Shown here in pieces: positions 1 through 9,423 of a stretch of 64,000 bases of DNA. Numbering within the stretch: the stretch's first letter is position 1; every line of letters begins with the position of its first letter. Under the pieces are notes generated by a model. That model had not been told where the DNA came from, ran no database searches, and worked only from the letters and a program-made list of their open reading frames with translations. The stretch comes from Bdellovibrionales bacterium (lineage in GTDB: Bacteria; Bdellovibrionota; Bdellovibrionia; Bdellovibrionales; UBA1609). Position numbers and translations under genes: made by a program. The stretch lies in NCBI GenBank assembly GCA_027317865.1, contig DAHVQG010000003.1:148207-212206 (forward strand), given 5' to 3'.

Positions 1-360
1 GTCAGGGTCGGTGAAGTAGACAGCGTAGTACTTGTCATAATATTCACCGGCTGGGTCGACGATTTTGGCTCCCACTTTTTTGAGATAAATTTGCAGTTCG
101 TCGACTTCTTTTTTTGAACCTAAGCGGTAGGCATAGTGATGAAATCCGACATCGCCAAAATGGTGTTTGCTTTTTAGGTGTCGTTTTTCGGCCTGCGTGA
201 TCCAAAGCCGTGTTTGACCGTTGGTCCATCCCATAGAATCTTCGTACTCGTCGAGTACTTTGAATCCTAAAAATTTCATGAGACCGTCGTAGAACTGGCG
301 CGACTTTTTAAAGTTACTCACTGTTATAGAAAGATGATCAACCGCTGTTACTTTTGGCAT
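1..360 (-). CDS. VOC (glyoxalase/bleomycin-resistance/dioxygenase) family protein; 3' end runs off the window
   Basis: Hand translation of the minus strand from ATG at 360 gives MPKVTAVDHLSITVSNFKKSRQFYDGLMKFLGF...GFHHYAYRL...YYAVYFTDPD, open to position 1. A GGAGG Shine-Dalgarno lies at 367-371. It is absent from the ORF track because there is no in-window stop. Confidence 0.7.
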   Translation of the reverse strand, partial: MPKVTAVDHLSITVSNFKKSRQFYDGLMKFLGFKVLDEYEDSMGWTNGQTRLWITQAEKRHLKSKHHFGDVGFHHYAYRLGSKKEVDELQIYLKKVGAKIVDPAGEYYDKYYAVYFTDPD

Positions 361-504
361 TGGCTACCTCCGTTGCTACTCTTTAATACAAATCTTCGAA
401 CATGCGTCTTGGATAATGAAAATTTATAATGAAAGAGTAGGAAGTTGCGGACTGGCGTCACGGTTATTGAGAATTCAACCGTGTGGTAGGGTGTAAGCGA
501 TTTT

Positions 505-540
505 AATTCAAAATAGCGCGCTCTTTGCGGAGCGCGCTAT
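505..540 (-). terminator. Rho-independent terminator candidate downstream of the proline-rich protein gene
   Basis: A perfect 10-bp inverted repeat (ATAGCGCGCT at 513-522, AGCGCGCTAT at 531-540) has an 8-nt loop. On the minus strand it is followed by TTTGAATTAAAA, 27 nt after the stop at 567. Confidence 0.5.
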
Positions 541-566
541 CGTAAATAACTGTTGTTTCGATTTGA

Positions 567-1520
567 TTATCGGTGGCCGAATGGTCGGCCCGGTCGTCTA
601 AATACCGGTGGCCGAAAAACGGGTCGCGGTGGTGGACGAAATACCGGTGGTCTATAAACCGGACGCGGTGGTGGACGAAATACCGGTGGACGGCGAACTG
701 GCGGCCGATAAACCGGCGGCCTGTAAACGGGCGGGTGAAATGGGCGATGCGGACGGTGCCAGCGATGATCCGGAGGTCGCACAATAAATATTGGTGGGGG
801 TTCAGGTGGCTGAACATAAATCGGAGGCTGTGGTTCATATATAGGCGGAGGTTGCGGTCCATAATATACCGGAGGTGGGGGTGGTGGTTCGACAACAACG
901 GGTGGTTGCGCCGGTGGCATAATTACCGGCGGCGGTTGAACAACCGGCGGTGGTTGCAATCCAAAAGTGGGAGGAACCGGTACTGGGTTGTCGTTGAGGT
1001 TTTCTAACATCAGAGTGTCGACACTCGGGGCGCCGACCGCATTTACCGCCGCGGGATTATGACTGTAAACGGAAACGACGATTGTCGCTCCCATATTAAA
1101 TGGGACATTGTAAACTACACCGGACTGAGTCACTCTGAAAAGCGTCGTTTTCGCGCAAATCACCGGTTGAGCGGCGTCGCAAACTCCCTGAGTACCGTCA
1201 CTTGCCTGCCAAACAAAATCAGTTGTCAAGTCATGAGCGAGTTGACCGTTGGCGGTATTCACTAGATCGGCTCTTAGATTTAAAATTTCACCTGGCCGTA
1301 CGCCTATTGCGGCGGGGTGGTTGACGGCGTTTATACCGTTAATCAATACAACGCGGACAATTGTCCCTTGTACACCGGTTACAACTTGCTGATTACCAAT
1401 TGCGCTTACGGGGCCAGAGCCGGCTCCCGATTCCGCGGCCCAAGCGCTTGGAATTCGCGCAAGGCCGCCGAGTTGCAAACCTCCGAAGGCCAACGCTACG
1501 GTGAGAAATCGCTTTATCAT
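567..1520 (-). CDS. Exported protein with an N-terminal globular domain and a 140-residue proline-rich C-terminal tail (acidic/neutral half, then Arg-rich RPPxxRPP half)
   Basis: The 317-aa ORF has the signal peptide MIKRFLTVALAFGGLQLGGLARIPSAWAAE and a GGAGGGGG SD upstream of ATG 1520. The tail reads ...RPPVYRPPVYRPPVRRPPVFRPPPRPVYRPPVFRPPPRPVFRPPVFRRPGRPFGHR. Confidence 0.75.
   Translation of the reverse strand: MIKRFLTVALAFGGLQLGGLARIPSAWAAESGAGSGPVSAIGNQQVVTGVQGTIVRVVLINGINAVNHPAAIGVRPGEILNLRADLVNTANGQLAHDLTTDFVWQASDGTQGVCDAAQPVICAKTTLFRVTQSGVVYNVPFNMGATIVVSVYSHNPAAVNAVGAPSVDTLMLENLNDNPVPVPPTFGLQPPPVVQPPPVIMPPAQPPVVVEPPPPPPVYYGPQPPPIYEPQPPIYVQPPEPPPIFIVRPPDHRWHRPHRPFHPPVYRPPVYRPPVRRPPVFRPPPRPVYRPPVFRPPPRPVFRPPVFRRPGRPFGHR
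626..690. repeat. 39-nt-period tandem duplication inside the Pro/Arg-rich coding region
   Basis: The 26-nt string CGCGGTGGTGGACGAAATACCGGTGG occurs perfectly at 626-651 and 665-690. It encodes the repeated RPPPRPV(Y/F)RPPVF unit on the minus strand. Confidence 0.8.
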
Positions 1521-1659
1521 GAGTCCCCCTCCTATTATTCATGAAGTTTCGTATTCATGATGTTTGAGCTCAGAAACGCTCAGACAAAAGGAACGGTGCC
1601 AAATATCGTGGAGCGACGGCAATCAGAATTTACGGGATGTATACGAGCTGCTGCAAACG

Positions 1660-3942
1660 TCACATTTCTGTGTACGCTTGCGCTTCAAGCGACGTCATTA
1701 CGATCGTGTTAAAGACGTCGTTCTCGGTGCATGTCCGTTGTAATACGTTAGCCGGTTTGCGAATGCCGAGTAAAAACGGACCTAGTAATTCGCCGCCGCC
1801 CAGCTGCTGAACAAGCTTATAACCGATGTTGCTGGCATCGAGATTTGGAAACACCAGAATGTTCGCGCCGTTTTTGATTTCGCAAAACGGAAAAATTCGC
1901 TCCACAAGGGCGGGGTTAACGGCGGCATCGGCCTGCATCTCGCCATCGACAATGAGGTCGGGGTGGCGTTCTTTTACAATTCGCGCGGCTTCGCGCATTT
2001 TTTTAGGCGATGCGAATTCGGCCGCGAAATTCGTAAAGCTGAGCATGGCAATTCGCGGTTCGATTTTAAAGTACTGCGCGATTCGCGACACATAAATTGC
2101 TATCGTTGCCAGTTGTTCAGCCGTTGGGTCGATATTAACGGTGGTATCGGTAAAAAATAGAATTCGATCTTTGATAAGTAAAATATTGACGCCGGCCGCG
2201 ACTTGTCCGCGACCTGTGCCGATCACCTGCAATATGGGGCGCACGCAATTTGAATAATTGTTGGTTGCGCCGCTCACAAGCCCGTGCGCGTCGCCGAGTT
2301 TTACGGCCATAGCCGAAAAATAATAGGGATCAGCCATCAATCGCTCAGCTTCAACGAGCAAAACTCCGCGGCGTTTGCGTTGATCATAAAGCGCTTGCAC
2401 ATAACGTGGATAATCTTTGTGTAACGACGGTTGCACAATGGGAACGTCCATTAAATCGTCAAGCTCAAGCTCTTTAATTTTCTCGCGGATGATATCGGGA
2501 TAACCCAAAAGTACCGGTCGGATGATGCGTTCTTTTTGTACCGAGCTAATTGCCTTTAGAACCTTAGGCGAAAAGCCTTCAGGGAACATGATGATCGGCA
2601 CATCGGAATTTGTCGACTGCGCCTTGGTGCGAATGCGATTAATTGCGGAACGAACGAATCCGCGCGAGGCACTGCCTAGCGCTTCGAGAGAATCGCGATA
2701 GGCTTCGAAATCTTCTATGGGTTTTTGCGCGACCCCTGAATCCATAGCCGCTTTTGCTACGGCAGGCGCAACGTTTACCAGCACTCGCGAATCAAATGGT
2801 TTCGGAATAATGTACTCAGGGCCGAAATGAAAATGTTTGTTTGCATACGCCGACGCCACACTGTCCGGAACATCTTGGCGCGCGAGTGCCGCGAGCGCAT
2901 GAACGGCCGCCAATTTCATTTCTTCATTGATGGTTGTCGCTTGTGTGTCAAGGGCGCCGCGAAAAATCGACGGAAATCCCAATACGTTATTTACCTGATT
3001 TGGAAAATCGGACCGGCCGGTAGCCATGATCACGTCAGGGCGCGCTTTTTTGGCGTCGTCAGGCAAAATTTCGGGATCGGGGTTCGCCATTGCAAATACA
3101 ATTGGCTTATTAGTCATGCCTTTGAGCATTTCGGGAGTTACGGCATTGGCAACACTGAGGCCTACGAAAACGTCCGCGTCTTCTAGCGCGTCTTTAAGTG
3201 TCCGCTTTTTGGTGTCGATCGCAAAGGGCTCCTTGAATTTGTTCATGCCCTGTGCGCGGCCTTGGTAAATCACGCCGTGAGAATCGCACATGAGGATATT
3301 TTTTTGCTGTACACCGAGGCGCATGAATATTTTTGCACATGATATCGCGGCAGCACCGGCGCCGTTAAAAACGACTTTAACTTTACTCAATTTACGTTTG
3401 GTGAGTTCGCAAGCGTTGAGCAGTGCCGCTCCTGAAATAATCGCCGTCCCGTGTTGGTCGTCATGAAAAACGGGAATGTTCATCGATTTTTTTAATTCTT
3501 CTTCAATATAAAAACAGTCGGGTGACGCAAGATCTTCGAGATTGATGCCGCCAAATGTTGGTTCGAGCGCGCGCACCGCCGCAATGAATTCATCGGGGGT
3601 TTTGGTTTTCACTTCTATGTCAAAAACGTCGATGCCGGCGAATTGTTTGAACAGGACGCCTTTGCCCTCCATGACTGGTTTGGCAGCAAGTGGGCCAATG
3701 TTGCCCAGTCCGAGCACCGCTGTCCCGTTGGACACAACGGCAACTAAGTTACCTTTTGTCGTGTATTTGTAAACATCAGCAGGATTGCGGGCAATTTCGA
3801 TGCACGGAGCCGCGACGCCGGGCGTGTACGCGAGTGACAGTGTGTATTCTGTGTCACACTTTTTGCTGGAGTGAACGTCGACTTTACCGGGTTTGCCTTG
3901 CGCGTGATAATCGAGCGCCGCTTTGGCGATATTTTTATTCAT
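1660..3942 (-). CDS. maeB: NADP-dependent malic enzyme (malic enzyme domain fused to a phosphotransacetylase-like domain)
   Basis: The 760-aa ORF has an N-terminus (LDYHAQGKPGKV...LSLAYTPGVAAPC...VVSNGTAVLGLGNIGPLAAKPVMEGKGVLFK) typical of MaeB. A PTA-like C-terminal half follows. Confidence 0.95.
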   Translation of the reverse strand: MNKNIAKAALDYHAQGKPGKVDVHSSKKCDTEYTLSLAYTPGVAAPCIEIARNPADVYKYTTKGNLVAVVSNGTAVLGLGNIGPLAAKPVMEGKGVLFKQFAGIDVFDIEVKTKTPDEFIAAVRALEPTFGGINLEDLASPDCFYIEEELKKSMNIPVFHDDQHGTAIISGAALLNACELTKRKLSKVKVVFNGAGAAAISCAKIFMRLGVQQKNILMCDSHGVIYQGRAQGMNKFKEPFAIDTKKRTLKDALEDADVFVGLSVANAVTPEMLKGMTNKPIVFAMANPDPEILPDDAKKARPDVIMATGRSDFPNQVNNVLGFPSIFRGALDTQATTINEEMKLAAVHALAALARQDVPDSVASAYANKHFHFGPEYIIPKPFDSRVLVNVAPAVAKAAMDSGVAQKPIEDFEAYRDSLEALGSASRGFVRSAINRIRTKAQSTNSDVPIIMFPEGFSPKVLKAISSVQKERIIRPVLLGYPDIIREKIKELELDDLMDVPIVQPSLHKDYPRYVQALYDQRKRRGVLLVEAERLMADPYYFSAMAVKLGDAHGLVSGATNNYSNCVRPILQVIGTGRGQVAAGVNILLIKDRILFFTDTTVNIDPTAEQLATIAIYVSRIAQYFKIEPRIAMLSFTNFAAEFASPKKMREAARIVKERHPDLIVDGEMQADAAVNPALVERIFPFCEIKNGANILVFPNLDASNIGYKLVQQLGGGELLGPFLLGIRKPANVLQRTCTENDVFNTIVMTSLEAQAYTEM

Positions 3943-4008
3943 AGGTGATGAAACTCCTTTAGGCTCGAAAGGCTCTATGATACGGTTGAGTTCTTAGAGG
4001 GGTCAACA

Positions 4009-5367
4009 ATGAGTAGCGCAACCGTGAGTCACGACAGAGACGTGGTCATTATAGATGGCGTTCGCACGCCGTTTGCAAAAGCAGGTTCGGATTTAAAAGA
4101 CGTTCACGCAGCCGATTTAGGTACGCGGGCACTGAGCGAACTTCTTGCCCGCACCAATGTCGATGTTAAGCAAATTGACGAAGTCATAATCGGGAATACC
4201 GGAAGTCCCGCTGACGCGGTGAATATTTCGCGGGTGATCGCCTTACGTTCAGGTGTTCCGCTTAAAACGTCCGCGTACACTGTGCACCGAAACTGTGCGT
4301 CGGCGCTCGAATCAATTGCGAGCGGGTATGACAAAATTCGCAGTGGCACGCTCGACATGGTGGTATCGGGCGGGGCCGAAAGTATGTCGAAAATGCCGAT
4401 TTTTGTTCCGCAAAAGATCCAGATTATTTTGAATAAATTATTTATGGCGCGAAAACCCTCGCAAGCCTTGCCGTTAATTGGTCGGCTATTTCAAGCCGAT
4501 CTCAAACAAATTCGCGCGTTGTTAACGGCCAATCAGAAGGATCCCTATTTTCCTGAAATAGCGGTGGTACAAGGGCTCACCGATCCTTTTGTGGGAATCA
4601 ACATGGGGCAAACCGCCGAAATTCTAGCTAAAGAATTCGGTCTATCGCGCGAAATCCAAGATCAGTTTGCTTTACGTTCGCATCAGCGCGCGGTGGCCGC
4701 GACTAAAGAGGGACGGTTGAGAAACGAAATTACCCCGGTTTTTCTGCCGCCTGATTTTAAAAAAATAGTGTCAAACGATGTGGGGCCACGCGAGAATCAA
4801 ACGCTTGAACAGTTGGCGAAGCTCAAGCCGTTTTTTGACCGTAAATACGGTTCGATTACGGTTGGCAATGCATGCCCCATCACCGACGGTGCGGCCATGA
4901 TGCTCATTATGAGTCGTGAAAAAGCGCGTGCACTCGGCTTTAAGCCACGAGCGAAAATTCGCTCCTATGCGTTTGCTGGCCTTGAACCCGAACGGATGGG
5001 GCTTGGCCCGGCCTATGCGACACCAATCGCCTTGAAGCGTGCCGGTGTAACTTTAAAAGATATCGATCTCATTGAACTCAATGAAGCGTTTGCCGCTCAA
5101 GTGCTCGCATGCGAAAAAGCGATGGCAAGCAAACAATTTGCGCAAGAAAAATTGGGTTTAAGCGAGCCGGTTGGCGAAATTGATCCTGAAAGGCTCAATG
5201 TCAACGGCGGTGCCATCGCGATCGGGCACCCTGTCGGGGCAACGGGTACGCGGCTTGTTCTCACGCTTTTGAACGAAATGGAACGTCAGCACAAAAATTT
5301 GGGACTCGCCACTTTGTGCATCGGCGGCGGTCAAGGCGGGGCAATGGTGATTGAACGAGAGTCATAA
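4009..5367 (+). CDS. fadA: Acetyl-CoA C-acyltransferase (3-ketoacyl-CoA thiolase), long FadA/FadI-type
   Basis: The 452-aa ORF has the nucleophile region VHRNCASALESI and the C-terminal motifs NVNGGAIAIGHPVGATGTR and LCIGGGQGGAMVIE. It sits directly upstream of the multifunctional FadB/J-type gene. Confidence 0.9.
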   Translation: MSSATVSHDRDVVIIDGVRTPFAKAGSDLKDVHAADLGTRALSELLARTNVDVKQIDEVIIGNTGSPADAVNISRVIALRSGVPLKTSAYTVHRNCASALESIASGYDKIRSGTLDMVVSGGAESMSKMPIFVPQKIQIILNKLFMARKPSQALPLIGRLFQADLKQIRALLTANQKDPYFPEIAVVQGLTDPFVGINMGQTAEILAKEFGLSREIQDQFALRSHQRAVAATKEGRLRNEITPVFLPPDFKKIVSNDVGPRENQTLEQLAKLKPFFDRKYGSITVGNACPITDGAAMMLIMSREKARALGFKPRAKIRSYAFAGLEPERMGLGPAYATPIALKRAGVTLKDIDLIELNEAFAAQVLACEKAMASKQFAQEKLGLSEPVGEIDPERLNVNGGAIAIGHPVGATGTRLVLTLLNEMERQHKNLGLATLCIGGGQGGAMVIERES

Positions 5368-5384
5368 GGGCAGAGGGAACAAGC

Positions 5385-7556
5385 ATGAGCATCCAAGAAA
5401 GCATTCGATTTTCGAAAAAAGATGATATTGGTTTGATTGAGCTCGATCTCATCGGCGAAAAGGTCAACAAACTTTCGTCAGCGGTCATGTTTCGCTTTCG
5501 CGAAGTCCTCGAAGAAGTGAAAAGCTCGGGAGTAAAAGTTTGCGTGATCATTTCACGCAAGCCAAAGATTTTTATCGCCGGAGCCGACATTGAAGAAATA
5601 AAAAATCTCACCAATAAAGAAGATTTTCGCGGGGCCATCAGCCAAGCACATACAATTTTTAATTTCCTTGAAGATATGCCGGTCGTTACGATTGCGGCGA
5701 TCAACGGCGCCTGTCTCGGCGGCGGATGCGAAATGGCTCTCGCGTGCGATTACCGAATTGCTTCCGACGATAAAAGCACGCGTATTGGCTTGCCTGAAAT
5801 TCAACTTGGGATCATTCCGGGTTTTGGCGGATGCGTGCGTTTACCCCGTGTCGTGGGCCTGCAAGCGGCGCTCGATATAGTTTTGGCGGGCAAGTCTGTT
5901 GATTCGCGCAAAGCGCTGAAGATCGGTCTTATCGATGAATCGGTTCCAACTGCGATTCTTGAAGCGCGGGCAATGGCATTCGCACGTGATCTGATAAAAG
6001 GCGGCGGCAAAAGCGGGGGTAAGGGGTTGCGCAAGCGCGCCAAAAGATTTTCTCCCAAAGGTGCCGTGGCCAAATTTTTAGAATCTCCAGTCGGACGAAT
6101 CGTCGTCTTTTCACAAGCCAAAAAAATGGTGCTTAAACAAACCAAAGGTTTTTACCCCGCTCCGCTTAAAGCGCTTGAAGTCATTCGACGCACTTACGGC
6201 TCGTCAAACCGCGAACGTGCGCTCGAGATCGAGATGCAAGGTTTTCTCGAAGTCGGCGTAACAGATGTCAGTAAAAATTTGATTAATCTCTTTTTCATGA
6301 CCGAAATGGTTAAAAAGCAAACCGGCGTCAATGATCCTAATATCAAAGGGCATGAAGTTGAGCATTTGGCAGTTCTTGGCGCGGGAGTTATGGGCGGCGG
6401 GATTGGTTTTGTCGCGGCCGACAAAGGCATTATTGTGCGAATGCGCGACATTTCAAATGACGGTATTGCGCTGGGTTTAAGATCGGCGGATGCATTATGG
6501 CAAAAGGCACTTAAGAAAAGGAAGATCGACAATTATGAGTATAAGCGTCGATCATCGCATCTAACTGGGGGCACGGACTACGCCGGTTTTCATCTTGCTG
6601 ACGTGGTCGTCGAAGCTATTGTTGAAGACATGAATATCAAAAAGAAAGCCATTGCCGAAGTTGCGGCAATTTGCCGGCCAGATTGCATCATCGCCACAAA
6701 CACCTCGTCGCTCAGCGTGACGGAAATGGCGAAAGCTCACCCGAATCCAAAAAACTTCTTGGGTATGCACTTTTTCAACCCCGTAAATATGATGCCGCTT
6801 GTAGAAGTGATTCGCGGGCCTGAAACAAGTGATAATGCTGTTGCCACCATTTTCGGTTTAGCGAAAAAAATGGGTAAAACGCCGGTCGTGGTTAAAGACG
6901 GCCCGGGATTTCTGGTCAATCGACTTCTACTGCCCTATATGGGCGAAGCCCTGTTTTTACTTGAAAACGGAATGTCCGTCGAAACGCTCGATCGCTATTA
7001 CACGCACACCTTCGGGATGCCTATGGGCCCGTGCCGTTTAATGGATGAAGTCGGACTTGACGTTGGCATGAAAGTTCTCAAAATTTTTCGCGAGTCGCTC
7101 GGTGAGCGCATCGAAGTATCCGAGATATCTAAAAAACTTACCGCTACAGGCAGGCTTGGAAAGAAAAACGGTCGCGGCTTTTATTTGTACGACGACAAAG
7201 GTAAACAGTTGGCCGCCGATCAAACAATCTACAAAGAATTGGGGTTGTCGTCTCCGACGGATTCGCTCGACGAAAAGGAATGTATAGAACGTCCCATGTT
7301 TGCGATGGTCAACGAAGCCGCGCAGGCGCTTCTCGGCGATCATATTGTGAACACTCCAGCCGAAGTGGATTTGGCCATGATCATGGGCACGGGTTTTCCG
7401 CCTTTTCGCGGTGGGCTTTTGAGATGGGCGGATACTCTTGGCACTGAGAAAATTGTGTCGGAACTTGAAATATATGCGGCGAAATACGGCCGCCGATTCA
7501 AGCCATTGCAACCGCTCGTGAACCTAGCGAATTCAAAACGCGGGTTTTATCAGTAA
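5385..7556 (+). CDS. fadB: Fatty-acid oxidation complex alpha subunit (enoyl-CoA hydratase / 3-hydroxyacyl-CoA dehydrogenase)
   Basis: The 723-aa ORF has a crotonase region (FIAGADIEE...GGGCEMALACD) and a Rossmann motif (VLGAGVMGGGIG) in the 3-hydroxyacyl-CoA dehydrogenase half. It lies 17 nt after the thiolase gene. Confidence 0.92.
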   Translation: MSIQESIRFSKKDDIGLIELDLIGEKVNKLSSAVMFRFREVLEEVKSSGVKVCVIISRKPKIFIAGADIEEIKNLTNKEDFRGAISQAHTIFNFLEDMPVVTIAAINGACLGGGCEMALACDYRIASDDKSTRIGLPEIQLGIIPGFGGCVRLPRVVGLQAALDIVLAGKSVDSRKALKIGLIDESVPTAILEARAMAFARDLIKGGGKSGGKGLRKRAKRFSPKGAVAKFLESPVGRIVVFSQAKKMVLKQTKGFYPAPLKALEVIRRTYGSSNRERALEIEMQGFLEVGVTDVSKNLINLFFMTEMVKKQTGVNDPNIKGHEVEHLAVLGAGVMGGGIGFVAADKGIIVRMRDISNDGIALGLRSADALWQKALKKRKIDNYEYKRRSSHLTGGTDYAGFHLADVVVEAIVEDMNIKKKAIAEVAAICRPDCIIATNTSSLSVTEMAKAHPNPKNFLGMHFFNPVNMMPLVEVIRGPETSDNAVATIFGLAKKMGKTPVVVKDGPGFLVNRLLLPYMGEALFLLENGMSVETLDRYYTHTFGMPMGPCRLMDEVGLDVGMKVLKIFRESLGERIEVSEISKKLTATGRLGKKNGRGFYLYDDKGKQLAADQTIYKELGLSSPTDSLDEKECIERPMFAMVNEAAQALLGDHIVNTPAEVDLAMIMGTGFPPFRGGLLRWADTLGTEKIVSELEIYAAKYGRRFKPLQPLVNLANSKRGFYQ

Positions 7557-7616
7557 CCTGGCACGGTTTGCATATTGAAGTTCCTAGCGAAGATCTATTT
7601 CGATAGGAGCCCGTTT

Positions 7617-8366
7617 ATGACCAGCCAACTGAATCGTCTGGTGACATTTTCTGCATTTATGGCCATTTGTTTTACGGTATCAATCGTGAACGCGGAACCG
7701 GCATGTAATCCATCGACTAATGTAGTGACGAACGCCGTCGATTCACAAATGCAAGTGCCGTCCGAAGATACCACTGTTGAAGAGCCGGGTAATTTTCATG
7801 TGATTGTTCCGGGGCGGGTGTATCGTGGAGCACGACCGACGTCAAAAGCTCAAGTGGAGTGGTTGCACAAAATCGGCGTGAAAACCATTATCGATTTGCA
7901 AGGTCATGACCCGAAGGCATTTTGGGTTTCGGAACACGGTGAACTTCCGTTTGCGCGGCTTCGCGAGGCGAAATGGGCGCTTTTAAATCATATTCTGTGG
8001 TTCAACGAGCCAATGGATTCGGTCGCGCCGGTTTTGTGTCACGAGGCACGCGAGATCAAACAGATCCTCAATATCATACGTGACCCCAAATACCAGCCGG
8101 TCTATTTTCACTGTGAACATGGCAAGGATCGCACCGGTTTAATTGCCGCGCTATACGAAGTGTTTTATGAAAGACCAGCTTTGTCACCGCACGCAGCTTT
8201 TCAACAAATGCTAAAAGATGGACACTTTGATCACGGACCGTGGCGCAACATGGATCGCTATTTTCGACTTGCGACCACCCCGCCAATGAGCTTAGACAAG
8301 CGTGACAATTATATGTGTGGAAGTTCCGGCGACTTTATTCCATTACAATTACGACTAACTCGATAA
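7617..8366 (+). CDS. Exported Cys-based phosphatase of the tyrosine/dual-specificity (PFA-DSP / Y_phosphatase2-like) family, paralog 1
   Basis: The P-loop is HCEHGKDRTG (CX5R). ATG 7617 is preferred over TTG 7575 because AGGAG at 7605-7609 precedes it. The N-terminus has a hydrophobic signal (LVTFSAFMAICFTVSIVNA). Confidence 0.7.
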   Translation: MTSQLNRLVTFSAFMAICFTVSIVNAEPACNPSTNVVTNAVDSQMQVPSEDTTVEEPGNFHVIVPGRVYRGARPTSKAQVEWLHKIGVKTIIDLQGHDPKAFWVSEHGELPFARLREAKWALLNHILWFNEPMDSVAPVLCHEAREIKQILNIIRDPKYQPVYFHCEHGKDRTGLIAALYEVFYERPALSPHAAFQQMLKDGHFDHGPWRNMDRYFRLATTPPMSLDKRDNYMCGSSGDFIPLQLRLTR

Positions 8367-8469
8367 TTTTTTCGCTAGACTCGTCGCAATTCGCATTTGG
8401 CCAAATTCAACTTGGCTTACTTAAAGTGTTTGAGTAACTCTTGTTCAACATTGGGGCCGGGGGGCAACC

Positions 8470-9207
8470 ATGAAAAACAAGATGAAGTATAGGATGTTAT
8501 TGGCGCTAAAATTCTGCGCTTTTGCGGCAATTAGTTTGTGTTTCAATTTAGCAGTTCAGGCGCAGCCATCTGCCGTTGTGGCGCCAGGTAACTTTCACGT
8601 TGTTGTATCACACAGAATCTATCGTGGTGCGCGCCCAATGACTGAAGGTGAAGTGAAGTGGTTAAGCAATTTAGGAGTGAAAACGATCATCGATTTGCAG
8701 GGCGGTGATCCAAAAGCATTTTGGGTTTTTGAAGACGGCGAATGGCCGGCACAACGAAATTTGGAACATTTATGGGCGCACGAAAACCACGTTCACTGGC
8801 TTAATTATCCGCTCGATTCCGCACCAGCTCTCGGCGTGCAAAGCAAAGAAGCCGAAGAAATCAATAAGGTGCTCGATGTTATGCGAAATCCCGCGTACCA
8901 ACCGGTTTTCGTTCACTGCGAACATGGTAAAGACCGCACCGGTTTAGTCGTGGCGCTCTATCAAGTTTTTTACGAAAAGCCACCAATGACTCCAACCGCA
9001 GCATATCGGGAAATGTACGCCGATGGCCATAGCCCGCTATTGCGAGCGATGGATGGATATTTTAACCTCGCGACGACGCCGCCAATGAGCTTACATAAGT
9101 GTGATCATTCGTGGTGTTGGGATCAGCTTGATCTGTATCTGCAAGATGTAAACGTACAAGACATAAACGTTCAAGAAATTGACCTGCAAAGTCTGTCTAA
9201 ACATTAG
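8470..9207 (+). CDS. Exported Cys-based phosphatase, paralog 2 (tandem duplicate of 7617..8366)
   Basis: It has the same architecture and near-identical core as paralog 1 (PGNFHVV...YRGARP...GVKTIIDLQG.DPKAFWV...YQPV..HCEHGKDRTGL..ALY.VFYE). The signal peptide ends in AVQA. The C-terminus has three imperfect 15-nt repeats (VNVQD/INVQE/IDLQS) at 9148-9192. Confidence 0.7.
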   Translation: MKNKMKYRMLLALKFCAFAAISLCFNLAVQAQPSAVVAPGNFHVVVSHRIYRGARPMTEGEVKWLSNLGVKTIIDLQGGDPKAFWVFEDGEWPAQRNLEHLWAHENHVHWLNYPLDSAPALGVQSKEAEEINKVLDVMRNPAYQPVFVHCEHGKDRTGLVVALYQVFYEKPPMTPTAAYREMYADGHSPLLRAMDGYFNLATTPPMSLHKCDHSWCWDQLDLYLQDVNVQDINVQEIDLQSLSKH

Positions 9208-9423
9208 ACACCTGCAAACGGGCTCGACGAATGCGAAAATGACTGACGGGCGTAAAACGAAATTCGGCACTTAAACCTCAAATGGTGCCAACGACACCTT
9301 CAACTAAAATATATTCGATTTAGCCGTATCAAAGCGAGATGCGAGTTGGTCCGAAGTTTGCGTATTAGCTAGGTAAGGGCGCGTGTTGAAGTCAGAGCTT
9401 CTACATGTGCGAGGAGAAAATTT

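Noticed and set aside
573-1007. A 144-aa Trp/Arg/Asn-rich ORF lies on the plus strand, with other plus-strand ORFs at 1059-1544.
   Set aside because: It is the antisense mirror of the proline-rich coding region, because CCN Pro codons read as NGG on the other strand. It has no SD and no start context. The minus-strand gene has a signal peptide, an SD and a terminator that explain the region.
7559-7571. A sigma-54-looking TGGCAC...TTGC lies just after fadB and upstream of the first phosphatase gene.
   Set aside because: The GG to GC spacing is two nucleotides too short (TGGCAC-N3-TTGC instead of N5). The -24/-12 spacing is essentially invariant, so this is probably a chance match.
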